Shown: one piece after another, positions 21,053 through 33,522 of the stretch | How the letters are laid out: each line of letters begins with the position of its first letter | How positions within the stretch are numbered: position 1 is the first letter of the stretch | NCBI GenBank assembly: GCA_000004985.1 | Contig: GG738851.1 | Length of the DNA: 64,000 nt | Direction: 5' to 3' (one strand) | Source of the DNA: Naegleria gruberi | Taxonomy: Eukaryota | Position numbers and translations under genes: made by a program | The notes under the pieces: model-generated | Told to the model about the DNA's origin: nothing | The model's database searches: none | The model's input: only the letters and a program-made list of their open reading frames with translations

Positions 21053-23323
21053 ATGGGAATTCAAGGACTGTTGCCACTTTTTAAAAACCATTGCAAAAAG
21101 GGCCACGTTTCCGAATTAAAAGGACAAAAAGTTGCCATTGATGCCTATGTTTGGTTGCACAGAGGAGCCTACAGTTGTAGTGCAGAATTGTGTCAAAACA
21201 AACCAACAGATAAATATTTGGGTTATTGTATGCATATGGTGAATATGTTAAAACATAACAAGGTGATACCTGTACTTGTTTTTGATGGAGCTAGACTTCC
21301 TTCAAAAGCAGACACTGAAAGTGATAGAAGATCTAGAAGAAAAGAAGCTCTAGAACAAGCACAAATTCACTTACAAAATCACAGATACGAGCAAGCTAAC
21401 GAATGTTTTAGAAAGGCTGTTGATATCAAACCTTCAATGGCATATCAGTTAATATCACAATGTAAAAAAGAGGGTGTGGAAATAGTAGTAGCTCCGTATG
21501 AGGCTGATGCACAATTGGCTCATTTGGCTAGAACTGGGTATGTCTCATGTGTGATCACAGAGGATAGTGATCTGATACCTTATGGAGCTCCAAAAATATT
21601 TTTCAAAATGGATAAATACGGCCATGGAACATTACTCAATCTTGCCGATATCAATCATACACCAACAGCGAATGGAAGTACGGATTTTTCAAAATTTACT
21701 CACGATATGATGATGAGGATGTGTATTCTTTCAGGATGTGATTATTTGAGCTCGCTTTCTGGAATTGGACCGAAAACAGCCTACAAGATCATTAAGGAAA
21801 ACAGGACAGTTCCTAAAATTATGGAGGCATTGAGAAAATTGGGAAAGTTCAAGAGGCAAGAGAATACTCAGCCAAGTAGTCAAGAGATATCATCCTCTCC
21901 TTCGCTTTCCTTACCTCAACCCAGCTCAAGTCAAGATATTTCCGTTTCTGAAGAAGAGTATAGAGAAGCATTTGTTAGAGCCGAGTTGACATTTAAACAT
22001 CAACGAGTATTTGACATCCTTTCACAGGAAATGAGATGTTTAACAGATCCGCCTTCCTGTCTTACGGAAGAGGATATTTACTTTTGTGGACCAACAAAAC
22101 CAACAGATATAGTAGTTCAGATATGCACAGGTATGATAGATCCCATGTCTCACAAACCATTCGTTTCTGCTCCGTCATACGCCTCGAAAAGCTCTGTAAG
22201 TTTTAATAGTTTTTCATATCTTACCTGTATATTAGAATTTAACACCACTAAAAACAAACACAATTCAAACCTATTTCAGTAAGTAGTATGGCTGTAGACA
22301 TTTTCTAAAACTGTAACAGCACCAGTAGCGACAACTCCAAAACAAAAATTCATTCCACCACCTTTTAAAGTTCCATTCAAAACACCATCTCAAGAAACTC
22401 CTTCAAAATCACAAGAAACTCCAACATCTTCATCTACTCCAACAACAGCTAAAAAGATTACAAGCAAGTTTTTCACACCCAAAGAAGCATCAAGTTCTCA
22501 AAGTTCTTCTTCGACGCCTGTTAAACCAGGAAGTTTGACAGTAATAATTCCTTCTCAGGAAGAAAACTCAAAAGAAGCTACTGGCAGTGCAAGCAAAAAA
22601 TCATTGTTTAGTGCTTTGTTCACCAGTTTATCCCAGGAGGTGTCAAACTCACAAGAGGTATCGAATGGATTTTCTACAACCATATTTTCAGACGATCTTA
22701 CTACTGCCCTGATTAGAAATGAGAAGAAACAACAGGCAATGAAGAAAGTGGAAGAGGAGGAAGACATTGATTTGGATGATTTTGAATTGGATCCTCCTTC
22801 TCCTGTTTTATTGAAAACACCTTCCAGATCGGCTGAACCTTTAATTGAACAGACGGCATCATCATCAAATTCCAGCATCAAAAGGCCACTTTCTGCATCA
22901 ATATTATCTTCATCATCCACCAAGAAAGCTAGCCCTCCTCTAACCTTGACAACTTCTGCATCAGAAAGTTCATTAAAGAGAAAAAGCTCCTTCTTAGATA
23001 GATTCAAAAAGACACCAAGTAGTTCACAGAAAGAAAGTTCTCAAGGCACTCCATACCTTAGCTCTTCTCAAAATTCAAGCTCTTCTTCTGAACCTGCCCG
23101 ATCAACAATACCTTCTGCAGATGCATTCATGTATGATTTGTCGTCTGACGATGAATTGGAGCCAGTTCCAAAGAAAACCAAACAATCGACCTCTGTTGCT
23201 GCAGTCGTTGAAATTATATCGAGTGAGGATGAGAATGAGGAGGAATCAAGAACTGTTAGTCCTCAAGAGGAAAAGAATGTTTTTGAACTCTTTCTGTCGT
23301 ATGAATCAAAAAAATTTCAATAA
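21053..23323 (+). CDS. EXO1: exonuclease 1 (XPG/Rad2 family); join(21053..22195,22298..23323)
   Basis: XPG-N begins MGIQGLLPLFK. XPG-I reads VVAPYEADAQLAHLARTGYVSCVITEDSDLIPYGA. The H3TH motif is ILSGCDYLSSLSGIGPKTAYKII. The long disordered S/T/P-rich C-terminal region lies in exon 2. The 102-nt intron (GTAAGT...TGTAG) is phase 0. Confidence 0.85.
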
Positions 23324-23336
23324 TAAACTAATTTAT

Positions 23337-26207
23337 TTAAAGATTGGCATAGGTAGCCTTTCTCTTAATACAAGAATAAACACAGAGACCAATATTGACA
23401 GCTACAGAAACGAGTAAAGCAGTAGCCAAAGAGGTAATGATTAAGGCAAATTCCCAATTGAAAAAGTTTACAATATTGGATGGAGAAACATCAGTTACAT
23501 CGAGGGATCTTCTAATTCTTGAGGCCTTAGTAATCTTCTTTCCATTAATAACCAAACTGTATTTTTGTGGACCGTGTGGAACATTATGTCCTTTAACAGT
23601 TACAATCAAATCAGTATTAACTGGTGGGAGTGGAATCAAAATCTTTTCAACATTGTTCAATCTGTCAGGTTGATTATTATTGTACAAGTGGTTACCATAG
23701 ATGGATTGAACTTCACCATTTGTTTCATATTCCAATTTCAAGTCCAAATCATTGACAAGGGCAAGAGAGGCCATTGGAGAAGCAGGATAATCAGTCCAGG
23801 CCAAAGTAATTGCCAATTCTGTGGCATTATCACCAACATTGAAAGTATATGAGTGAATGATATCAGTGGTAATTTCTTGTCTATCAATAACGAACAAATC
23901 TTGTGGAGTTTGTGGGTTATTGGCCAACTTTAAGGTGTTTGACAAATTAATGAGGCCGTGTCCTTCAAAGATAGTTCTGTGCTTCTTATTGAAATGAGTG
24001 AAAGAGTCAGTCTTTCTAGCAAGTCCCTTCATTCCTCTAGCACTTTGAATCAAAATTGCCTTAATAAGTGCAGCAGATGGTTGAGTATATTCAGCATTAA
24101 CTGATGGTTTACCATATGGATAAAAACCATCAGTGAAATACTGTCTTACAAGAGTGGCAGCTGAAGCAACGACAGGTGTTGACATTGATGTACCTCCCAT
24201 TTCTTTCAATTGTAATTTCATATCATTCTTATTGGAGAGAGAACATTTACCTTCTTGAGAACCGAAATGAGATCTGGCAGAAAGCAAGAAATAACCTGGA
24301 GCTACAATATCTGGCTTGATACGACCATCGAGTGTTGGTCCCAATGAACTGAAATCTGCCAAGTTTTGTTCATTGAAGAATGGTTTCAACTTTTCATCTT
24401 CCAAACTCTTCAAGGCACACTTTTGACTGCATGCAAATGAAACATTGAAATTGAGTTTCTTCTTCATAATCTTCAATTTGTGTTTGAATTTACAATTGTC
24501 TCCCATGTATGCATTACATCCTTCTTCGGATTTCAACTTGTCAATGGCTGAACACTTCTTAATATTACAGACGCCACATTTACAATTGTACTTTTTGGTC
24601 AATTTCTTACGTAAAATATTGGCACGTTGTGTGTAATTTCTATATTTGAGAGCTTCTTTCCATGATTCAATTCCACTGACAGAGGCACCAACAATGATAG
24701 AATTCTTGGCTTGCTTTGATGGACCAGTCAATGTCATGTAACCTTTGGCACCAGAATTACCAGCAGACCAAACTACAAGGAAATCATCATGTTCATATTG
24801 GAATTTGTCAATTTCTTGTGTTGATTGAGTGTATCCATTACCAATCTTACCACCCAATGAATTGGATGAAATACGAGCACCCAATTTATATTGAGGTTCG
24901 AATAAACCACTATACAAGTCAATTGGTGTAACCAATTTGTTCTTTCCTGGACATTTTCCTTCTGGATACATGTAACATGGACAAGCATCGAATGAATCAC
25001 ATTGACATCCACCATCCAAATCACAACCAACATCAAAGAAAACCAATTTAGAATCTTGTGCAATACCATTGTGTTTACAAATTGGACTATCTGGATAGAG
25101 ACATTTACCAGCAAGAGTTCCTGAAGTGTGAGATCCATGTCCATGTCCACCATCTTTTCTATCCATAAAAGCAACATAGGCCTTAATCTTACGATGATTA
25201 CTTTCAACAGCTTGAGGAGCATTTAAAACAGTTCTAATTAATGAATCACTACTTTGAATGACTGGAACAGAAGCAGCTGGATCATGGAAGAAACAATGAT
25301 CAACATCCAAACCAGAATCAGTAATGGCAACTGTTTGATTCTTACCAGTAATTCCAACTTGATAGAATGGACCATCACCAATACTTGCCCTTGATGATCC
25401 CTGTTGAACAATTAAACGAGCATTGTAATTTTCTGGAAGGAAACCATCACGTTCCATGTCGAATCTTTCAATCCAGTGAATGGCTGGATGATGAGCCAAA
25501 ATATCAACAACCAGAACTAGATCATGTCTAGAACAGATTTGTAAACTAATCATGACCTTTCTATTGGAAACAACTCTCAAATATTTTACATTGGTGAGAT
25601 TTTCACAGGCACTTCTAATTTGTCCAGCAACATCTCTGGCAGATTGTGAAGAAAGTTCAGGAACTAAACTAACACTCATGTGAACAATAGCTCCACCAAC
25701 CTTTCTTCCAGGAGTATTTACACTACAGCTTTCGAATACTCCAGATTCCATATCACGAATCAAATTTGGATCAACCTTCATCTTTGGAGTGAGTGGAATC
25801 AAATGAGAAACTTGTGGATAAGCTTGAACCTTCTTCACTTGATCATTATTAATATAAACTAAATACGAATGTTCTGGAATGTATTGTAATAATTCACAAC
25901 CAGTTGACTTTTCAAAAGTAATTTGTACCTTTTCAGTCAATTTGATATTTTCCTTGAATTTTACAATATATTGGTGTGGAATTAAATTAGATTTATCCAA
26001 TGGAAGACCATCAGAAAGTTCCAAATAATTTTCCTCATTAGTTTCTTCTCCTTTACTCAAAACATTTGCCTGTTTAATAATTCCCTTATAGTATTGTTTA
26101 AAACGATCCAGATATTCATTGGATGATCCAGATTCACTACCCATGCACAGGGTGATGAAAAGTGCAAAAATTATTAAAACAAGAAAGAGCGTTAAAAATC
26201 TCTTCAT
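23337..26207 (-). CDS. subtilisin-like (S8) serine protease, membrane-anchored, with a Cys-rich insert
   Basis: Signal peptide, then the catalytic triad motifs DSGLDVDHCFF, HGSHTSGTLAG and GTSMSTPVVASAA. A Cys-rich region (CKCGVCNIKKC...) is inserted, and a C-terminal TM follows. Confidence 0.85.
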   Translation of the reverse strand: MKRFLTLFLVLIIFALFITLCMGSESGSSNEYLDRFKQYYKGIIKQANVLSKGEETNEENYLELSDGLPLDKSNLIPHQYIVKFKENIKLTEKVQITFEKSTGCELLQYIPEHSYLVYINNDQVKKVQAYPQVSHLIPLTPKMKVDPNLIRDMESGVFESCSVNTPGRKVGGAIVHMSVSLVPELSSQSARDVAGQIRSACENLTNVKYLRVVSNRKVMISLQICSRHDLVLVVDILAHHPAIHWIERFDMERDGFLPENYNARLIVQQGSSRASIGDGPFYQVGITGKNQTVAITDSGLDVDHCFFHDPAASVPVIQSSDSLIRTVLNAPQAVESNHRKIKAYVAFMDRKDGGHGHGSHTSGTLAGKCLYPDSPICKHNGIAQDSKLVFFDVGCDLDGGCQCDSFDACPCYMYPEGKCPGKNKLVTPIDLYSGLFEPQYKLGARISSNSLGGKIGNGYTQSTQEIDKFQYEHDDFLVVWSAGNSGAKGYMTLTGPSKQAKNSIIVGASVSGIESWKEALKYRNYTQRANILRKKLTKKYNCKCGVCNIKKCSAIDKLKSEEGCNAYMGDNCKFKHKLKIMKKKLNFNVSFACSQKCALKSLEDEKLKPFFNEQNLADFSSLGPTLDGRIKPDIVAPGYFLLSARSHFGSQEGKCSLSNKNDMKLQLKEMGGTSMSTPVVASAATLVRQYFTDGFYPYGKPSVNAEYTQPSAALIKAILIQSARGMKGLARKTDSFTHFNKKHRTIFEGHGLINLSNTLKLANNPQTPQDLFVIDRQEITTDIIHSYTFNVGDNATELAITLAWTDYPASPMASLALVNDLDLKLEYETNGEVQSIYGNHLYNNNQPDRLNNVEKILIPLPPVNTDLIVTVKGHNVPHGPQKYSLVINGKKITKASRIRRSLDVTDVSPSNIVNFFNWEFALIITSLATALLVSVAVNIGLCVYSCIKRKATYANL

Positions 26208-26602
26208 CTTGATTAGTTTCGTCTAGTTTCGTAAATACGAAATTATTTTGGTCTACTAGATGAGAATAATATTATAAAAAATTTAGAAGGCTTTTTGATG
26301 ATGTGCCTTCCGTAATTTGTTGTAGGTGCGTTTTTTTTGTGGTAGAAAACCAAGGACTTGACATTTGACGGGTGGTTATAATTTTTCAAAAGCAAAACCT
26401 TAAAAATATAATCCCAGACCTCCAAGTTGCAATGTGTTCAAATAATTGAAATCAAAATATCCCGTCGAAACAGTTCCAAAGAAAAGTTACTTGGTTTTTA
26501 TTAAGAATTCTACCTTAACAGTACTTTAGTCCAATTTCTAATATTGGAAGATATTTAAAGATATTTTGATAGTATCTGTTGTAAAATATTGGAAATTATT
26601 GT

Positions 26603-27499
26603 TCAATCAATGATGGGTCTTTCTCTAAATGATCCTTTAAAGTTTCTAATAAATAATTTATCAAATCGATAATCACTTTTAACAATTCCAATAAATCCCC
26701 TTTTAGAAATCGTAACTGGTGCCATAATTCCATTCAATGATACTCCATTAATAAGAATATCCAAACTATTCTCTGATATAAAATTAAATTCAATATGATT
26801 CCACATTCCAAAAGTAATTGGAGAATAGTCTCTGTAATAATACGATTCATTTTCTTTTGTTTGCTGAAGTAGAGTGCCAGTCATGTCAGATTCACCTGAA
26901 ATTCTAAAAACTAAACTATCATCTTCATCCTTATTTTCTGAAAATGCAATTCTAATTTCTGAATCACCAGTTTCCAAAAAGAAATCTAACGAAACTTGAA
27001 AATTACTATAATTATCAAGATTATACAATTCTCTATTGGACCACAATGTTTCTCTCATATTAAAATTCAATACTCCACCCTCTTGCATCTCATGTTTCGT
27101 TCCCTCCACATTAAATACTTGCACCAATTTTTTACAATACATTTTCCAATCATTAATTTTCAAATTATTTCCTTCATCTCCATTTACCATTTCCGAAACC
27201 ACAACATTATTACATTCATTGTTAGCCTCACTATCATCATCTTCATTTCTGCACCACGATGGAAGCAGAAGGGAATTTAATTGTTTTTTTTTCTTTCCGT
27301 AAATATTAAATTGGCGCTCACAAATTTGGCGCCAAATCAATTCCGAATGATCACTTCCCGTAGAGTTGATCATTTTGAAAAAAAATTGACTCGATTGGCT
27401 TAGGAGGTGAACATCTCGAAGGGAGAGGAAGGAAATTACGTGATGAGAGAGGAGTGGAAGATTTTCCTCTGTGAATAATTGTGTGAATAGTTGTGCCAT
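26603..27499 (-). CDS. F-box protein
   Basis: N-terminal F-box (LPLLSHHVISFLSLRDVHLLSQSSQFF). The C-terminal domain is unassigned. Confidence 0.55.
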   Translation of the reverse strand: MAQLFTQLFTEENLPLLSHHVISFLSLRDVHLLSQSSQFFFKMINSTGSDHSELIWRQICERQFNIYGKKKKQLNSLLLPSWCRNEDDDSEANNECNNVVVSEMVNGDEGNNLKINDWKMYCKKLVQVFNVEGTKHEMQEGGVLNFNMRETLWSNRELYNLDNYSNFQVSLDFFLETGDSEIRIAFSENKDEDDSLVFRISGESDMTGTLLQQTKENESYYYRDYSPITFGMWNHIEFNFISENSLDILINGVSLNGIMAPVTISKRGFIGIVKSDYRFDKLFIRNFKGSFRERPIID

Positions 27500-28093
27500 T
27501 TTTTTCTCTTTTGATTGGTGTTGCTGTTAATTAGAAAGGAGGTTACGGAGCAGTTTTTAATACAACTGTATTGCAGTTTTAGAATTGTAATTCAAATTGG
27601 TTAGACAAATTAAAGAGCTATAGGTTAAATGTGCCCTTACTGTTGTTGATATTGGAATATTCATATTTTGGTTGTACTAACCCTTGAAAGCAACAATGAT
27701 TCTTCCAATACAGATTCTTCAAAACAAAGTTTATGTTACACTGGGTTGGGTTACAATTTATTGAATACAACAGGATACATAGCGTTCCAACATTAACTAC
27801 AAGAAATGTTTCAATTTTCCATTTAGAGTTTGTTTCATGAAATTTTCAGGCCTATTTACATTACTTGCCATGAATTATGTTGTTGGTTTGAAAAGGGTTT
27901 TACAACGTTGACAGTAAATTGGTATTAATTCAAAGTGTCAGACATCAACGGTACACGTCTTTTTTAAACAACTAAAGTTTCCTATTAAGGAGCTCATTAA
28001 GTAACAAACCCATTTTATTTATCGGCAATCATGTTCAAATGTCCAAGGACATCATTCACTAATCACTTGTAAATACAAAATTTCAAAAAACAA

Positions 28094-29458
28094 ATGAGTA
28101 ACGTCAAACTTTTGATTGTTTGCTTGCTTACTTCCTTCATTATCAGCACCATTTACTTTACCTTCACTATTACAAAACTAAAATCAACAACCACCTCTTC
28201 AATTTGTCCAAAATGTGAAGTTTCCCTCATGCCAAATGTCTTACAAGTTGTTAGTGTTGTTGAGAAACTGAATTCAAAGACATGCGATATCAACATGTTG
28301 ATTCTATCTTCTCCAAGAGAAATTCCTGGCTCATCAAGATTTGCCTACCTCGAGAAAACACTGAAAAGCATGGCTGAGGACTTGAAAGTGGTTTATCTGA
28401 ATGTTTGTACCTTTGTATTTAATACTGGGGGAGCTATGGGTGAGAAGGAGATTAGGGAGACCATAGAAGCAAGTGGTAATCGAGATGTCAGTATATTGGA
28501 AAGGCTAGAAGAATCGAATATTTATGGCGAAAGTACATTCTATGGAAAGCCAAAGATGAGAAAGCAATCTAATGATTTCTATGATATGCTAAAGACATTT
28601 AACAGCATGCGAACGAATGGGTTAGTATTTCTTATGGAAGATGACTTTGAATTTTGTCCAAATTCATTTGGGCACATTATGAATATTCTTTCCAAGACGA
28701 AAGATAAGAAATGGTCTGCTATTAGATTTTCATTCGGCCTGAATGGAATTATTGTCGACAAGAATGATCTGTCAGGAATCATGAAACATATAGAAATGAA
28801 TGCTTATCGTTCCTATCCAATTGACTCATTACTGGAAGAATTTCTTCATAAGAAAACTAGGTATGGAGAAGAGTATTTTGGTGGGAGAGAGTTTATTACT
28901 TATAGATATCAGTTAATGAAACATATTGGTATTTCGACTTCAGTTGGAAACGAAAGGTCCACAGAATCGAATAGTCTTCAATTTCCACATTGTTATGAAT
29001 TGCAAGTTCATGCAGGATTGTTATACCACTTTAGTTTATCTGCATGTCCTCATTCTCTGTTTCATCCTTGTCCCCCTGAAGAATCGAATAGAGATTCTAA
29101 CAAATTCATTGATGACACCAAATTCGGAGATGGAATTCCAGCCTCCGCTGAACACTCCATTTCAGACCTACACAAACTAAAGCCAACCCTCTGTCAAAAG
29201 GGTGAAGATTGCAACACATGTTGTTCAAAGGAAAATTCCACATGTGAAGGTCAATATTTTCCCTACCTTAATCGTTGTGATGAAATGAGAAAACACATTC
29301 CCGATTGTAAATGCGAAAATGAATCAGTTTTACTCAAGTCATTGGCACCAAATGTTGATTCAGAGAATCGTTGTGTGTTGGGTCATCGAAGATCGAGATT
29401 TAAATGTGAGAATTCACATCCTATGGAGAGGAGATTGTGTCCATGCTTTCCCAAATGA
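28094..29458 (+). CDS. type II membrane glycosyltransferase-like protein (GT-A fold, EDD motif) with a Cys-rich C-terminal domain
   Basis: N-terminal signal anchor. LVFLMEDDFEFCPNSF resembles the GlcNAc-transferase I EDD(L)E motif. The C-terminus has more than 15 Cys. Confidence 0.45.
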   Translation: MSNVKLLIVCLLTSFIISTIYFTFTITKLKSTTTSSICPKCEVSLMPNVLQVVSVVEKLNSKTCDINMLILSSPREIPGSSRFAYLEKTLKSMAEDLKVVYLNVCTFVFNTGGAMGEKEIRETIEASGNRDVSILERLEESNIYGESTFYGKPKMRKQSNDFYDMLKTFNSMRTNGLVFLMEDDFEFCPNSFGHIMNILSKTKDKKWSAIRFSFGLNGIIVDKNDLSGIMKHIEMNAYRSYPIDSLLEEFLHKKTRYGEEYFGGREFITYRYQLMKHIGISTSVGNERSTESNSLQFPHCYELQVHAGLLYHFSLSACPHSLFHPCPPEESNRDSNKFIDDTKFGDGIPASAEHSISDLHKLKPTLCQKGEDCNTCCSKENSTCEGQYFPYLNRCDEMRKHIPDCKCENESVLLKSLAPNVDSENRCVLGHRRSRFKCENSHPMERRLCPCFPK

Positions 29459-29618
29459 ACTTGTAATAAACAATTAAAAAATGAAACAATTGGCTAGTGT
29501 GGTTATTTGAAATAATCAAATAGATCAAGAAGGAGGTACTGTCAAAATTTTACATCAAAGAAATCAGAAAGATGGATAAAAATTTAATCCAATGATTATT
29601 TACAAAGAGTTCAATAAA

Positions 29619-30524
29619 TTATTGTTGTTTACATTCACTTTTCTTTGAACCTCGTCTGTCGTGCTGATGGGCGTTTCCATTATTGTTTCGATTATTTTGA
29701 TTTTGTTGATGGGAATAGTTTGAATTATTATTATAGGATTGATAATTACTACTAAATGGATTGTTTCCCGGATTTGAATTTACATTACTACGATTATTGC
29801 TATAATTCTGATAGTTGGCATTATTATTCTGATAATTATTCTGTTGATGAGAAGATCCTCCAGTTGGACTGGAAAATCTATTTTGTTGTTGTTGCTGTTG
29901 TTGATAACCTGTTCCACTACTAGTATTTTGAGTGGAATTATTTGATGGAGTAGTATGTGAAGGTGTTGGTTGTTTTTGAAGTTGAGCATTCAATTTTCTG
30001 ACCTTATCTTTCAATTCTTCATTATCCAATCCCAACATGGCATTTCTCTGTTCCAGAGTTGATAACTTTGATGTCAATTCAAGTACCTGAAGCTCATACT
30101 TCTCCAAAATATGTCTAACCTTATAATAAGAACATTCCTCATAGTGCTTTTGTAGATCAGTTATTTTTCCACAATACAAACATCCATATTTTGCCATATC
30201 ACAAGGTTTTGAAATATTCTCACAAAGTCTCTCAAGATGATCCTTTAAATTTCCTCTTTTAACCTTCTTTTGAGAACATTGATTAGGACAATCAACTTCC
30301 AAATCATTTACAGTCCTCTCTACAAATCTATTAAACGCAAAACTAGAGGAATCATTTTGATCTTTTATAATAATAGATTTTCTACACTGAGGACAAGATG
30401 GATTTCTCTCCGACCACTCTTTTATACACTCATAACAATACAGTGTTCCACAAGCATTACACTCTCTATTATTTTCTACAAGATTTGTACAGATCGGACA
30501 TGAGAGTGCTTCAACTGATGCCAT
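29619..30524 (-). CDS. RING / TRAF-type zinc finger protein with a coiled coil and a Q/N-rich tail
   Basis: C3HC4 RING (CPICTN...CGTLYCYECIKEW...CPQCR). TRAF-type zinc finger (CPNQC...HLERLC...CLYCGK...HYEEC). The tail contains QQQQQQQN and many N/Y/Q repeats. Confidence 0.75.
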   Translation of the reverse strand: MASVEALSCPICTNLVENNRECNACGTLYCYECIKEWSERNPSCPQCRKSIIIKDQNDSSSFAFNRFVERTVNDLEVDCPNQCSQKKVKRGNLKDHLERLCENISKPCDMAKYGCLYCGKITDLQKHYEECSYYKVRHILEKYELQVLELTSKLSTLEQRNAMLGLDNEELKDKVRKLNAQLQKQPTPSHTTPSNNSTQNTSSGTGYQQQQQQQNRFSSPTGGSSHQQNNYQNNNANYQNYSNNRSNVNSNPGNNPFSSNYQSYNNNSNYSHQQNQNNRNNNGNAHQHDRRGSKKSECKQQ

Positions 30525-31172
30525 TTTTTTAATTTTCTAATTTAAATTATTTTGTGATGATGATTTAATTTCTAAAAATAACAATTTCATACTGATTGAA
30601 GAATGAGATTCAAATAATGAACGTGAATTATTAATTTTCGTGATGATTTGATTCAAACTCAAATATCCATATGATAATGATGATAATTTTTCAATCTCTT
30701 CCATATTTATTATCATCAAATATTAAGCAAACATTCATTAAATTGAAACACTTGATGGAATATTAGTATAATTCATAAATCTTAATTCAATAAAGTCAAA
30801 CAATAGAACTCAGGTTGTTATCTCTGATTTGCGGAATATTTTCCAATCTAGAAAGACTTACCTCCTCAAAAAAGCAAATCCCCAGCTGTCCAAATTGAGA
30901 ACCTGCCCTTACTGTTTAATATCATTGATGGCCAAACAAAACCAAGCAATGTCCAATTTATTGTGAAGCTGAAATTCCCGCCCCAATAATAAACCTAAAA
31001 AACCAACAATATCATCATCAACAGGTGTTGCACACTTAGTTTTTTCGCATTGTTAACTATCAACGTTGCTTAGTGCTTATTCCACTTCACGAAATTCATC
31101 ATCATTAACGACAATTATTAATATATTGAAATATATCATACAGTGCTAGTAGTAGGCTATTAGGCAGTTACA

Positions 31173-33522
31173 ATGTCGAGGACAACATCAAGAACATCAT
31201 CTAAGGGAAATATGGTAACACCATTTTCCATTGATACAATTGAAGAACCGGAATCAACTCCCAATTCATCAGACAAGAAATCGAGATGTTGGATGTGCTC
31301 TCCAAAGAAAGTCCTCAGCTTGAGGAATATCATCATTACACTGATTTCATCATCGATCATTATTATTGCCTTCATTGTGTGGATTATTGGATTCACTGCT
31401 TCCAATTCCTCAACAAAGATACTCAGTGATAAATTAAAAGACAGTTCAACCGAGAGAATTGTAGTAATGATTGAGGGAATGTTTACACAGGCACAGGAAT
31501 TGGCTCTCTCCTATCGATATTTCTATGATAAACAAACGAATCATATGAGGAATTTTCTGGAGGATCGATCTTTGTATGAATATTCAGTGAAGAATCTCTT
31601 GTTTTCATCACTGATAACGAGGCAAGGTTTGATTAATTCTGTGAATTTTGTCTTTGAGAGTGGACATGTTGTGGGATGGGAATGTAACCTTAATGCCTGT
31701 GATTATTTCATTTCGAAACAGGATGATTTGAGGCTGATGGCTTATAATTATGATTTTGAATTGGAAACATTGGCCAACTCGACAACATATGAAGTACCAA
31801 ACTTTAATGCCAGTATCATTATTCCAACCTATAGCATTGTAACCAACGCAGCAAAAGTGGATAAATCTCTGAGGAAAACTGGCATGTTTTTTCCAATTAG
31901 TAGACACGTTCTCGTATCCAGCATGTATGTCACAAGTGTTGCCATTCCCTATTATGGATTAGATGGAAACATGTTAGGAACCTCAAATGTTGTCTTTTAC
32001 GTCGACACCTTAAATGCCAAAGTTAGAAGTGCGAATCCATCTATTGGAGGATACATTCTAGTTCTAGAAGATAGTGGTGTGATTGTAGCTCACTCATTTG
32101 CCAATCTCACAGCCAACATGGAGAAACCATGTTATTTGGGAGGAAATCTATTGGTTCAAACTTTGTGTTCATATTTATTACCTGATCAGAATAGCTCTTC
32201 AATATCTGATCGATTTGGAAATACTCCCTCGAGTAAGTTTAGTTTGGAAGGGTTTTCTGTCCAGAGAAAGGAGCTCAAATTTCCAGGTATTACATGGCAT
32301 GTCTTGATTGCAATTCCAGATGAGGAAATATTGGGAGACATTCTGATTCAATCGTATAATACTGTGTGGATTTCTGCTCTTGTTCTGGTTGCAGCAATAA
32401 TATTCTCTGTCATTACAACATTTTCACTGTTCAGAACTTTATCCATGTTGGCTCGTTGCTTTACAGATATTCAAAATTTGGATTTGGATGCACCAACCAT
32501 TGTCAAAGCAACATCAATTCTAACTGCAGTCTATGAATTACGTGAGCTCCAAAACAATTTTAAGAGCATGATTGTCACATTGAAATCCATTAGAAAGTTT
32601 GTCCCAGTTCAAATTATTAGGAAAATTCTAATAACTGGGAGGGAGGCATCTCTAGGTATTGAGGATGCTGATGCAACCATTTTCTTTTTGGATATTGCTG
32701 GGTTTACCACCATGTCAGAAAAGATGGAGCCGAAAGCTCTGGTCGATTTGGCATCCAGTGTATTCGAAAGTTGTTCTCAATCTATTAACAAGCACAATGG
32801 TGTCATTGACAAATTCATTGGTGATGCTGTCATGGCACTGTGGAATGTTCCGACAAGAACCAAAGACCACGAATATCATGCCCTCCAATCAGCCATTGAA
32901 ATTCAATTGGAAATGGAAATGAAAAATGTACCAGTTCGTATTGGAATACATTCAGGAAGAGTAAAGGCTGGAAATATTGGAAGTGTGGATCGATTCAGTT
33001 TTAGTGTTTTGGGAGATTGTCCTAACGTTGCTTCCAGATTTGAGGGCGCCAACAAGGTTCGTAAATATATAATTATATTTTGCATTACTAATAATAATGT
33101 CGTAGGTCTACATGAGTAAGATCATATGTGGATCAAGTACAATAGAAGTTGCATTGCTGAGCGAGGAAAGATTAGCCATCAAGGATCCATCCTTGAAGAG
33201 AATTGTAAATAGAAGACTCGACAAGTTGAAACTCATTGGAAAGGAACATCCAGTTCTTGCCTATCAGATATTCTTGAGTGAAAATCCCAAACATACCAAT
33301 GGATTGGATAGCAGAGATTTGAAAATGTATGAGAAGGGATATGACTATCTCGTTGAAAAGCAATATAAGGAAGCTCTTTCAATATTCTATACTTTGGGAG
33401 ACAAGGCACCGAATGATATGGTCATTAGAAGAAAGATTAATCTGTGCAGATCTCTTGTTGAAAATGCTGGTATTGTTGATGGAAAGAAATTTGAAGGATT
33501 TGTTGAAATTACTGGCAAGTAA
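31173..33522 (+). CDS. receptor-type class III adenylyl/guanylyl cyclase with a large extracellular sensor domain; join(31173..33056,33106..33522)
   Basis: TM1 lies near residue 55, followed by an ectodomain of about 330 aa and TM2. Cyclase core: ATIFFLDIAGFTTMSE...DKFIGDAVMALW...RIGIHSG. The domain continues in exon 2 (KIICGSSTIEVALLSE...LIGKEHPVLAYQIF). The 49-nt intron (GTTCGT...CGTAG) is phase 0. Confidence 0.8.

Noticed and set aside
22555-23007. Antisense and overlapping ORFs inside long genes (for example 22555-23007 minus, 2641-2883 minus, 6243-6991 plus/minus, 16345-16635 plus, 24445-25222, 31608-31907 minus, 56146-57960)
   Set aside because: These are shadow ORFs within or antisense to genes with strong domain evidence. 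They have low-complexity or biased composition and no independent support.
33112-33522. ORF 33112-33522 as an independent small gene
   Set aside because: Its N-terminal sequence (KIICGSSTIEVALLSE...LIGKEHPVLAYQIF) is the continuation of the cyclase catalytic domain. It is exon 2 of the cyclase, joined via a 49-nt intron.
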